Shown here piece by piece: positions 7,743-14,415 of a DNA stretch of 20,450 bases. Each line of letters begins with the position of its first letter. Position 1 is the first letter of the stretch. The stretch lies in the IMG/VR virus record IMGVR_UViG_3300046045_000004. One strand, written 5' to 3'. The stretch comes from a virus. A program made the position numbers and the translations under genes. The notes beneath the pieces are model-generated. The model was not told where the DNA came from. It worked only from the letters and a program-made list of their open reading frames with translations, and did not search any database.

Positions 7743-8046
7743 CGGGCGGCACGTCGAGGTCGACGACGACGACGAGGTATACGCCCTCGGCGACGTGCGC
7801 GTAGTGCGTCGCCTCGCCCTCGTCGATCGCGGCGCGTGCGATCTCGGCGGCCGCCGCGAGTGTTAGCCCCGCGTCGAGTAGCCGCACCATTACGGCCGCG
7901 ACGCGTAGCTCGTGCTCGGGCCAGCGGCGCCATACGCCCGAGCCGCCCGCGTGCTCGGGCCGTAGGTAGCCGCAGCGGGCCCAATAGTCGAGCCGCCGAT
8001 ACGAGACGCCGACCGCGCGCGACGCGGGCGTGCTCGGCGCCGTCAT
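7684..8046 (-). CDS. MerR-family HTH DNA-binding protein (120 aa)
   Basis: This is the C-terminal part of track ORF 7684..8250. The ATG at 8046 overlaps the methyltransferase stop (ATGA). The sequence GVSYRRLDYWARCGYLRPEH...RRWPEHELRVAAVMVRLLDAGLTL matches a MerR-type wHTH pattern. Confidence 0.7.
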   Translation of the reverse strand: MTAPSTPASRAVGVSYRRLDYWARCGYLRPEHAGGSGVWRRWPEHELRVAAVMVRLLDAGLTLAAAAEIARAAIDEGEATHYAHVAEGVYLVVVVDLDVPPAKPRRARKRPVAERSAVTR

Positions 8047-8558
8047 AGCTCTAGCTCTAGCTGCTGCTCGCGCACGGCGTGCGCCACGGCGCCCGAGCCA
8101 GGGAATACGTCGACGAATTCGTCGCCGGGTCGGTAGTCGAGCAGGTCGAGTAGCCAGCGCGTAAACGTCGCGGGTTTCGCGCCGCCCGGTTTCCCGTCGA
8201 CCTCGCGCCAGCCGCGCGCGCAATCGCTCGACGATACGAGCGCGTCCCATACCGTCGACCGCTCGCCGGGCGCGAGCCCGCGGTGATCGGTTACGAATAG
8301 CACGGGCTCCCAGCTATACCGGACCCTCGACCACCCGTTCGGCGCGAACGTCTTAGCCCACGCGGCGACGCGGGCGTGCGGCGCGAGGTTCCAGATAGCG
8401 CGGAGCGCCGTCGCCGAGGTCGAGAGCGCCCACCCGTCGAATTCGTCGAGGTATGCGAGCAGCAGCTCGACGTTTACCTCGCGGCCGCGCGGCCCGTACC
8501 GCTCGGTCGCCGTGCCCGGATACGGCGGATCGGCGTACGCGAGTCGGCGACGGCTCAT
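8043..8558 (-). CDS. DNA methyltransferase (N6-adenine or N4-cytosine type, DPPY motif), 171 aa
   Basis: This is part of track ORF 8043..8624. The ATG at 8558 overlaps the upstream stop (ATGA). Motif IV (AYADPPYPG) is near the N-terminus and an FxGxG-like FPGSGAV near the C-terminus, the beta-class order. No cognate endonuclease is evident. Confidence 0.75.
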   Translation of the reverse strand: MSRRRLAYADPPYPGTATERYGPRGREVNVELLLAYLDEFDGWALSTSATALRAIWNLAPHARVAAWAKTFAPNGWSRVRYSWEPVLFVTDHRGLAPGERSTVWDALVSSSDCARGWREVDGKPGGAKPATFTRWLLDLLDYRPGDEFVDVFPGSGAVAHAVREQQLELEL

Positions 8559-8779
8559 AGCGACGGCAGTACGTCGACGACGACGGGTGCGAGCGGGCAC
8601 GTACCGGGATCGCACCATGCGCACGAGCGGTCGACGGCTACGAGCAGCGCGTGCAGCGCGGCGGCGTATTCGGCGTGCGGGCCCATATCGCGCGGCACGT
8701 TTTCGACGGCGTGATACGCGGCGACGTAGCGCCGGGCGGCGTCGGCGATTGCGTCGCGCTCGGCCGCCGAGAGTCTCAC
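8555..8779 (-). CDS. Hypothetical protein (74 aa) with a CAWCDPGTC cysteine cluster
   Basis: Track ORF with GTGA overlap at its start and ATGA overlap at its end. Confidence 0.55.
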   Translation of the reverse strand: MRLSAAERDAIADAARRYVAAYHAVENVPRDMGPHAEYAAALHALLVAVDRSCAWCDPGTCPLAPVVVDVLPSL

Positions 8780-9018
8780 GCGAGGGGCGCGACGATCTCG
8801 GGCTCGACGTGTACGACGACGCCGACGCCGCCGCGGCGCACCGTGAACGACGGCAGATAGCCCTCGTGCTCGGTCGCGTGTACCTCTAGCTCGGTCGAGT
8901 CGTCGGTAATCGCTCGTATGGAGCCGACGAGCAGCCCCGCGAGCCAGTCTCGGTACCGCTCGGCACGGTGCGCCCGCTCTCGCTCGGCGTCGCTCTCACG
9001 CTGCGCCCTCGTGGTCAT
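8776..9018 (-). CDS. Hypothetical protein (80 aa)
   Basis: Track ORF. The ATG overlaps the upstream stop (ATGA), and its stop overlaps the next start (GTGA). Confidence 0.55.
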   Translation of the reverse strand: MTTRAQRESDAERERAHRAERYRDWLAGLLVGSIRAITDDSTELEVHATEHEGYLPSFTVRRGGVGVVVHVEPEIVAPLA

Positions 9019-9554
9019 AGCTCCCCCCTACGCATTCGCTCGCGAATCTCGTCGGCCGCGGCGCGGTTTGTCTCGCGCTGCTCGGCCGTCATCGGCGGTA
9101 GCTCCCAGCGCGACGCGTCGGCGCGCGGGCTCGTCGCCTCGTAGTCGTCGGCGTCGGTACCGTTACGCGTCACCGCGTTACGCGTAACGCGCTCCGTTAC
9201 GCGTAACGCGTCCGCGTCACTTTCGCCGGGATAACCCTCTCTCTCTAGCCCCTTACGGGGCGAGAGAGGGTTATATCCCGAGGAATTTCGAGCAGATTCG
9301 GCGTCGGATCGGGTGAGGTCGGCGTTACGCGTTGCGTTACGCGGCGTAACGCTTTCGCGTAACGCTCGGCGGTAGCGTTTCTGTCTCGCGCGGCTCTGCC
9401 GCCGACGTTTCTCGGCGCGGTCGAGCGCGGGCACGAGCAGCACGCCGTCGTCGACGACGAGGCGGTCGCCGTGGTCGAGCAGCGCGGCGACGGTCGCGAG
9501 CACGTCGAGGTCGTCGTCGTCGGCGCCGAATCCCGAGAGCAGCACGTACGGCAC
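9015..9554 (-). CDS. Hypothetical 179-aa protein whose central region is encoded by the iteron/cruciform array; candidate origin-binding or replication-initiation protein
   Basis: Track ORF. The GTG lies 1 nt after the upstream stop. There is an N-terminal acidic domain, then a basic stretch RRRQSRARQKRYRR. Repeated VT(P)RN peptides (SVTPRNATRN, RVTERVTRNAVTRNG) are encoded by GTTACGCG repeats. The functional call is inference only. Confidence 0.5.
   Translation of the reverse strand: MPYVLLSGFGADDDDLDVLATVAALLDHGDRLVVDDGVLLVPALDRAEKRRRQSRARQKRYRRALRESVTPRNATRNADLTRSDAESARNSSGYNPLSPRKGLEREGYPGESDADALRVTERVTRNAVTRNGTDADDYEATSPRADASRWELPPMTAEQRETNRAAADEIRERMRRGEL
9162..9363. repeat. Iteron array: five GTTACGCG and four (C/G)GCGTAAC copies in two clusters flanking a cruciform; includes 18-bp and 14-bp perfect palindromes
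   Basis: Forward copies are at 9162, 9177, 9196, 9324 and 9336. Reverse copies are at 9181, 9200, 9345 (7/8 match) and 9356. CGCGTTACGCGTAACGCG at 9174-9191 is a perfect palindrome, as is CGTTACGCGTAACG at 9195-9208. Confidence 0.9.
9228..9279. other. Long imperfect inverted repeat (potential cruciform or hairpin) at the centre of the iteron array
   Basis: ATAACCCTCTCTC (9231-9243) pairs perfectly with GAGAGAGGGTTAT (9262-9274). The inner stem is GCCCC/GGGGC with a TTAC loop. The outer GGG/CCC pair follows a 2-nt bulge. Confidence 0.85.
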
Positions 9555-9555
9555 C

Positions 9556-9834
9556 TCAGAGCCCGACCCTCGCTAATTCGATACGAGCGCCGCCGTGCTC
9601 GTCCGCGTGCCGTTCCGCGGGTGCCCACGGCATGAACGTAGCGCCGCACGTCGCGCAGCGGTAGCGGGGCGTAGAGACGCCCGAGGCGGGCGTCGCGCGC
9701 GGGTTACGTTCCGGGCGGTTCGTATCCGATGGCACGCGACGCCCGCGCCGCGCTCGCTCTGCGCCGTCTAGCTGGCTCGCGAGCGCGGCTACCGCTGCAC
9801 GGCGTAGCCGTGGCGGCATCTCGTCGAGGTTCAC
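9556..9834 (-). CDS. Small protein with a classical C2H2 zinc-finger pattern (92 aa)
   Basis: Track ORF. The GTG lies 9 nt after GAGGG. YRCATCGATFMPWAPAERHADEH fits Y-x-C-x2-C-x3-F-x8-H-x3-H. Confidence 0.65.
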   Translation of the reverse strand: MNLDEMPPRLRRAAVAALASQLDGAERARRGRRVPSDTNRPERNPRATPASGVSTPRYRCATCGATFMPWAPAERHADEHGGARIELARVGL

Positions 9835-9846
9835 GGGTGGGGCCCT

Positions 9847-10056
9847 CTAGTCGTCGTCGGGCTCGCCGAGCAGCAGCACGGGCGAGCATTGCTCTAGGTA
9901 GTGCGCGAGGTCGACGCCGCCGTACACGAGCGCGAGCGGTTCGCCCTCGGGCTCGCCGCTCCATAGCACGAGCCCGCCGTCGACGCCCGAGCGTGAGGCG
10001 CGCCACGGGCCGGGCGGTAGTTGCTCGGCCAGCTCGTGCAACCGCTCGCGGTTCAC
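9847..10056 (-). CDS. Hypothetical protein (69 aa)
   Basis: This is the C-terminal part of track ORF 9847..10203. The GTG at 10056 overlaps the stop of the upstream TM ORF (GTGA). The Arg-rich N-terminal part of the track ORF was discarded. Confidence 0.5.
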   Translation of the reverse strand: MNRERLHELAEQLPPGPWRASRSGVDGGLVLWSGEPEGEPLALVYGGVDLAHYLEQCSPVLLLGEPDDD

Positions 10057-10217
10057 CGCGGGCGCCGTTTCACGGTTTCGGGCGGGTCGTGTAGGTCGGC
10101 CCAAAATTTCACGTCGTGCTCGACCTCGTGCATACGGCGGCGCACCGCGAGGCACGCGAGCACGACGCCGAGCGCCGCCAGCGCGATAACGAGCGAGACC
10201 CAAAACGAGAGCGTCAT
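10053..10217 (-). CDS. Small membrane protein (54 aa, one N-terminal TM helix)
   Basis: It is below the track cutoff and was translated by hand: MTLSFWVSLVIALAALGVVLACLAVRRRMHEVEHDVKFWADLHDPPETVKRRPR. There is ATGA overlap upstream and GTGA overlap downstream. Confidence 0.55.
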   Translation of the reverse strand: MTLSFWVSLVIALAALGVVLACLAVRRRMHEVEHDVKFWADLHDPPETVKRRPR

Positions 10218-10414
10218 AACGCGGGCTCCGCTCGGGCGGCGCGCCAGCTATGGGTTTGCAGCAGGTCGAGCACCTCGTCGTCGTCGAAAACGGTCGCGTC
10301 GGCTACGTCGGTCGTCGACGTGAACGCGTACCGACGCGGGTAGCCGCGCACGGTATCGGCTACGTCGACGACGAAAACGCGGCCGCCCTCGCCGTCGCGG
10401 GTGATTACTTTCAC
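10214..10414 (-). CDS. Hypothetical protein (66 aa)
   Basis: Track ORF. The GTG overlaps the RecT stop (GTGA). Confidence 0.55.
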   Translation of the reverse strand: MKVITRDGEGGRVFVVDVADTVRGYPRRYAFTSTTDVADATVFDDDEVLDLLQTHSWRAARAEPAL

Positions 10415-11391
10415 GGCTCGCGCTGCTCGTCGTCGGGCGGGCGGTCGAGCGCCTCTAGGTATCCGATTACGCGGTCGGCCTCGGCGGGCGTTAGATCCTT
10501 GCTCGTCGATAGCTCGGGCCGGTTCACGATCTCACGCGCCAGCGCGAGCCGCTGCTCGCGGTCGCCGATCCCGTGCTCGCGCATTAGCTGCTGTAGCCGT
10601 CTCACTTGCGGCGCCGTAATCACGTCGCCGCGATCGTCGGTAGCGGCAGACGATGGCACGCCGCGATCGTCAGCGCCCGCGCCCTCGCGGGTAGCGGCGT
10701 CTGCCGCGTTCTCTCCGGGCAGCGGCGGTAGCGGCGCCGCTTGCGGTGCCGAATCCACTACGGCGGTCGTATCCGCTACTGCCGCTGCCGCGGCTTGGCG
10801 CCGACGCGTCGCGCGCGGGCGGGCGGGTGGAATACCCGCGGGCTCGGCGCCGACGCCGACCTCGCCGTCGAATTCTTCGATTGCGCCCAGCCCGTGCACT
10901 ACGTCGGCGAACACGGCGCGCACGAGGTCGGCGCTCGCGCGCGCCGAGAGCATCTGCCGCGGGTAGGCGCGCCAATTCGGTTTCCCGTCGAGCTTCGCGC
11001 GGCGCGCGTCGTCGAGGGTCCAGCTAACGCGCGTCACGTTTTCGGAGCCCGCACGGCGGCCGCACCATGTAGCGCGGCTCGTGGTCAGCTCGTCGGGCCA
11101 TATCTCGTGCCCCGCGGCGAGCACGAGCGCCCGCTGCGCCTCGGCCGCTACGAATATGCGGCCGTCGATCACGTGTATCTCGTTCACGCTTGCGAGCGGG
11201 CCGAGCCCTACCTCGTCGCCGTAGAGAATGGCGGCCGTAACGGCGGGCACGTTATGACGCAACCCGCGCGGCACGAATTCGGTCGGCGCGATCGTTTTCG
11301 CGACCTCGGCCGCGGGTGCGAGTATGTCGACCCACCCGCGCGCGGGCCCACGTTGCACGGGCGGGTCGACGACCTTAACTAACGCCGTCAT
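10411..11391 (-). CDS. recT: RecT-family single-strand annealing recombinase with a low-complexity linker and extra C-terminal domain (326 aa)
   Basis: This is part of track ORF 10411..11454. The ATG at 11391 overlaps the upstream stop (ATGA). The sequence ILYGDEVGLGPLASVNEIHVIDGR...NWRAYPRQMLSARASADLVRAVFADV is RecT-like. An Ala/Pro-rich linker follows, then ITAPQVRRLQQLMREHGIGDREQRLALAREIVNRPELSTSKDLTPAEADRVIGYLEAL. Confidence 0.8.
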   Translation of the reverse strand: MTALVKVVDPPVQRGPARGWVDILAPAAEVAKTIAPTEFVPRGLRHNVPAVTAAILYGDEVGLGPLASVNEIHVIDGRIFVAAEAQRALVLAAGHEIWPDELTTSRATWCGRRAGSENVTRVSWTLDDARRAKLDGKPNWRAYPRQMLSARASADLVRAVFADVVHGLGAIEEFDGEVGVGAEPAGIPPARPRATRRRQAAAAAVADTTAVVDSAPQAAPLPPLPGENAADAATREGAGADDRGVPSSAATDDRGDVITAPQVRRLQQLMREHGIGDREQRLALAREIVNRPELSTSKDLTPAEADRVIGYLEALDRPPDDEQREP

Positions 11392-11600
11392 AGCGTTAGC
11401 TCGCCCTGCTCGGGCGCGATCCCGTCGCGAATCCGCGACATACAACGCGAGCACGCGACCCGGCCGGTATTGCGGCGGCCGACGAGCGCGTTTAGCCCGC
11501 CGCCCGCGCCGCGGCCGCGTAAGTGTTCCCAGCCGCGCACCTCGCGGCCGTTCCGCTGCCGAGGGTCGAGCGCCTCGCCGCAGATCGAGCAGCGCGCCAT
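11388..11600 (-). CDS. Small zinc-ribbon-like protein (70 aa)
   Basis: This is the C-terminal part of track ORF 11388..11729, starting at the ATG at 11600. MARCSICGEALD...VACSRCMSRI has two CxxC pairs. Confidence 0.55.
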   Translation of the reverse strand: MARCSICGEALDPRQRNGREVRGWEHLRGRGAGGGLNALVGRRNTGRVACSRCMSRIRDGIAPEQGELTL

Positions 11601-11611
11601 ACCGCCGAGCG

Positions 11612-11842
11612 TCACGCCTCGACCTCGTAGTAATCGGCGCCGCCGTCGCGGCCGACGATCCACCCGGCGCGCGGGTGCGGCTCGTCGAGGTGAACCGAGC
11701 AGCAGCAGCCGCACGCGTTCACGTGCCATACGGCGCGGTGCCCCGTGTCGGCGTAGTCGTGTATTAGCCGCTCGATCGCGTGCGCCTGCTGAAATGGCAG
11801 CAGCGCGAGTAGCGAGCCCGCGTATGGATTCTCGCGGCTCAC
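11612..11842 (-). CDS. Hypothetical protein (76 aa) with a CGCCC cysteine cluster
   Basis: This is the C-terminal tail of the spurious 484-aa track ORF 11612..13066. The GTG at 11842 overlaps the exonuclease stop (GTGA). The sequence is VSRENPYAGSLLALLPFQQAHAIERLIHDYADTGHRAVWHVNACGCCCSVHLDEPH... Confidence 0.55.
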   Translation of the reverse strand: MSRENPYAGSLLALLPFQQAHAIERLIHDYADTGHRAVWHVNACGCCCSVHLDEPHPRAGWIVGRDGGADYYEVEA

Positions 11843-12627
11843 GTCGTCGCCTCGGCGGTCGTCGGCGCGGTGAGCGCGTCGCCGATCACGTCGCCACGAG
11901 GTCGAGCGCGAAACGCGGCGACCTGCTGCGCGTAGAGAAACGATCGAAACGTGCTCGGCCCGATATCGAGCGGCAGCACGTCGTACCCGTCCGCGCGGAG
12001 CCATACCGCGAGCCCGCGCCCGATTTTCGGCAGCTCGTGCTCGACGCCCTCGACGACGTACGCCTCGGCGTGCGCGTACGCGGCTAGCTGTAGCGCCGTC
12101 TCGGCGAATACGCCCGAGCCGCCCGTTTTCCAATCCACGACGGCTATCCCGAGGTCGTCGCCCGCGAGGTCGGCGCCGTCGACGTACGCGAGCAGGTCGA
12201 GCGTGCCCGCGTAGCGCCACTCGCGATTTACGACCATCGCCTCGACCGCGATCTCGTCGACGTGCCATTGCTCCAAAAACGCGAGGCACGCGTCGACGTG
12301 CCCGACGAGCGCGTCGTCGACCTCGACCTGCTCGCCGTGCAGTAGCCGCGCCGCGAGGTCGTGCACGGTCGTACCGCGCACGGTCGCCGCCTTTTGTCGG
12401 TCGAATCGGCCGCGCTCCATAGCGCGGAGCCGATCGGCCGAGCCGAGAGCGCCGAGGTCGTCCCAATGGTCGAGCGCGTAGCCCGCCGTCTCGCGGGCGG
12501 CCCAATCCACGAGCGCGGGTTTCGGTACGCCCTCGCCGATAATGCGGGTTACGCCGTCGACGGGCTCGCCCTCGTCGTCGACGTAACGGTGCCCGGACCC
12601 GGCGCGAATGCGCCGCCAGCCCGCCAC
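11839..12627 (-). CDS. PD-(D/E)XK (RecB/Cas4-like) exonuclease, partner of RecT
   Basis: Track ORF of 262 aa. The GTG lies 2 nt after the Xis-like stop. It has the GTLDLL...VVDWKTG (D...D/E-x-K) motif. It sits in a recombination module with RecT downstream. Confidence 0.7.
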   Translation of the reverse strand: MAGWRRIRAGSGHRYVDDEGEPVDGVTRIIGEGVPKPALVDWAARETAGYALDHWDDLGALGSADRLRAMERGRFDRQKAATVRGTTVHDLAARLLHGEQVEVDDALVGHVDACLAFLEQWHVDEIAVEAMVVNREWRYAGTLDLLAYVDGADLAGDDLGIAVVDWKTGGSGVFAETALQLAAYAHAEAYVVEGVEHELPKIGRGLAVWLRADGYDVLPLDIGPSTFRSFLYAQQVAAFRARPRGDVIGDALTAPTTAEATT

Positions 12628-12629
12628 GG

Positions 12630-12839
12630 TTAGCCCGCCTGCTCGGCCGTGCGCAGTAGCGCCTCGACGCTCGCGCGGGTGATACGCACGCCGCGGCGCG
12701 GGATCGTGCCGCGCGCGCTCGTTTGTATGTAATCGAGATCGCCGCGGTCGACCATGCGGTACACGGTGCGCACGCCAACGCGGAGATACGCCGCCGTCTC
12801 GGCGACGGTCCAGTACGGGCTACGCGGTTGCTCCGCCAT
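12630..12839 (-). CDS. Excisionase-type/MerR-superfamily HTH DNA-binding protein (69 aa)
   Basis: Track ORF. An ATG follows the RBS GGGGGGGAG. YWTVAETAAYLRVGVRTVYRMVDRGDL matches the Xis/HTH_17 pattern. It lies next to the integrase. Confidence 0.7.
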   Translation of the reverse strand: MAEQPRSPYWTVAETAAYLRVGVRTVYRMVDRGDLDYIQTSARGTIPRRGVRITRASVEALLRTAEQAG

Positions 12840-12954
12840 TCTCCCCCCCTGAGGTGCGAGGGTCCGCGCGTCGCCCGGCCGTGCGGATCGTGTCGCCGAC
12901 AGTAACGAGAGGCACGATCTGCCGCTAGCGGAAAATTGGATTTAGACGCGAAAT

Positions 12955-13001
12955 AACGCCCGCTCGTGTCACTCGATACACGTAGTGACAGAGCGGGCGT
13001 T
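12955..13001 (-). terminator. Strong hairpin (11 + 6 bp stem, 12-nt loop) 32 nt downstream of the integrase stop, inside an AT-rich island
   Basis: AACGCCCGCTC-G-TGTCAC [tcgatacacgta] GTGACA-GAGCGGGCGTT. On the minus strand it is followed only by a short ATTT, so it is not a textbook U-tract terminator. It could instead be a recombination or operator site. Confidence 0.5.
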
Positions 13002-13032
13002 AAATCGCGGACTACAGATCCACCCGAGCGCG

Positions 13033-14199
13033 TTACGACGCGCGGTGCGCCTCGATTCTGCGCCACGCGTTCGCGAGCGCCGTCGTCGCGAGGTCGTCGA
13101 CCTCGGCCCGCGCGTGCCCGTATACCTCTAGCAGCATCGCGGGCGTTGACCAGCCGTTACGCGCGGCGACGTTCAGCACGGGCACGCCCGCGGCTACCTG
13201 CTCGCTCGTGTTCACGTGCCGTAGGTCGTGGAAACGGAGCCGCACGCCCGCCGCGCGCGCTGCCCGTACCCATCGCTGCCCGAGAGCTTGCGGGCTCGTG
13301 TAGTCACGCTCTAGCCGCCGCGAGAGCACGGCTCGGTCGTCGAGGTCGTCGACGCCCGCACGCTCGGCCGCCTCGACCTGCCGTAGATAGCGGCTCGTCA
13401 GCATCGCCGCGCACGACGGGTCGAGACGCACGCGGCGTACCTTGCGCGTTTTTGTCGTGCGCCGCTGCCACGCGTTATCGCCGGGTCGCCCCTTGCATAC
13501 GTTCCCGTCGATCCGTACGACGCCGCCCACGAGGTCGATATCGCGCCAGCGGAGCGCGGCTAGCTCCCCTCGTCGGGCGCCCGTCGCGATCGCGAGGTGT
13601 ACGACCTCGCCGAGGTCGTCGCCCTCGTCGAGCCCCTCTAGGACGCGAGCGATATCGCCGAGGTCGTAGTCGTCGACCGCCCGGCGCGGCTCGTGGTCGT
13701 GGTCGTCGTCGAGCGCGGCCGGGATTACCCGAGCGCCGTCGTACTGCTCGCGGCGAATCCATCGGGCCCGCTCTACGTCGGCGAGCGCCTGCCGCACGAG
13801 GCGGGCGACGCCGCGCACCGTGCGGAGCGAGAGCGTCGGCGCGTGAGGCGCCACCGTGCCCGCTTGTAGCTGCCCGTAGTACCGCTCTAGCCGTTCCGGG
13901 TCGAGAGCGTCGAGCCGCACGCTTGCGAGCCAGTACGGCCGCACGTAACGCTCGACGCCGCCGACGTAGGCCCGCTCGGTATTCGGCGCCCAGCCGCCGC
14001 GGTGCAGCGCGACGTAACGGTCGAGCGCGTCGATAACGGTGCGCCCGTCCGCGTCGGCCGGGCGGCTCGCGAGCTGCTGCTCGACCTGCTGCGCCTGCTC
14101 GTGCGTATCGACCGTGCGGCAGACGCGCACGCGCTTACCCGCGGCGTCGGGCCGCTCTACGGTCACCTTGTAACGTCCGTTCCCTTGCTGCTGTATCAC
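13033..14199 (-). CDS. int: Tyrosine integrase (site-specific recombinase, phage integrase family)
   Basis: Track ORF of 388 aa. The GTG lies 6 nt after GGAG. It has an N-terminal arm/SAM-like region. Catalytic-domain signatures are ATGARRGEL (Arg I), HDLRH (His-x-x-Arg) and LEVYGH (Tyr). Confidence 0.9.
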   Translation of the reverse strand: MIQQQGNGRYKVTVERPDAAGKRVRVCRTVDTHEQAQQVEQQLASRPADADGRTVIDALDRYVALHRGGWAPNTERAYVGGVERYVRPYWLASVRLDALDPERLERYYGQLQAGTVAPHAPTLSLRTVRGVARLVRQALADVERARWIRREQYDGARVIPAALDDDHDHEPRRAVDDYDLGDIARVLEGLDEGDDLGEVVHLAIATGARRGELAALRWRDIDLVGGVVRIDGNVCKGRPGDNAWQRRTTKTRKVRRVRLDPSCAAMLTSRYLRQVEAAERAGVDDLDDRAVLSRRLERDYTSPQALGQRWVRAARAAGVRLRFHDLRHVNTSEQVAAGVPVLNVAARNGWSTPAMLLEVYGHARAEVDDLATTALANAWRRIEAHRAS

Positions 14200-14226
14200 G
14201 TGTTTCTCCGATCGGATCGACCGTCG

Positions 14227-14415
14227 CGCGGGTGGCGCGACGGGTGGCGCGCCGCTGGCAAGCGGCGTATTCCGATGCTACGAGCGGCACGAGCGGCACG
14301 CGTAATGGCACGTCAGAGCGTGTACGCCGTCGCGGCTCCCTAACTCTGACATAGAGCACGGGCGCAGCGTTTCAGCAGGTCAGAGCCCCTATCCACAAGG
14401 GGCGCGGGTGGCGCG
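14227..14415. repeat. Repeat-rich intergenic region upstream of int: three GGGTGGCGCG copies, a GAGCGGCAC tandem x2 and GTCAGAG/CTCTGAC inverted motifs; attP/arm-site candidate
   Basis: GGGTGGCGCG occurs at 14230-14239, 14242-14251 and 14406-14415. GAGCGGCAC x2 is at 14282-14299. GTCAGAG is at 14312-14318 and 14380-14386, with its complement CTCTGAC at 14344-14350. The small hairpin GCCCC-tatccacaa-GGGGC is at 14386-14404. Confidence 0.6.

Noticed and set aside
11612-13066. 484-aa ORF on the minus strand, the longest in the track after the tape measure
   Set aside because: Almost all of it is Arg/Ala/Gly-rich out-of-frame read-through over the exonuclease and Xis-like genes and the intergenic hairpin, which is typical of high-GC shadow frames. 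Only its last 76 codons (11612-11842) look like a real gene.
12966-14036. 356-aa plus-strand ORF antisense to the integrase, plus similar Arg-rich ORFs at 3425-4117, 4526-4999, 5012-5596, 9704-10094, 10250-10966, 10741-11382, 11470-12087 and 18228-19016
   Set aside because: Their extreme Arg/Ala/Pro/Ser composition with no motifs marks them as shadow ORFs. Each lies opposite, or out of frame with, a gene that has clear family signatures (integrase, portal, terL, RecT, exonuclease, TMP).
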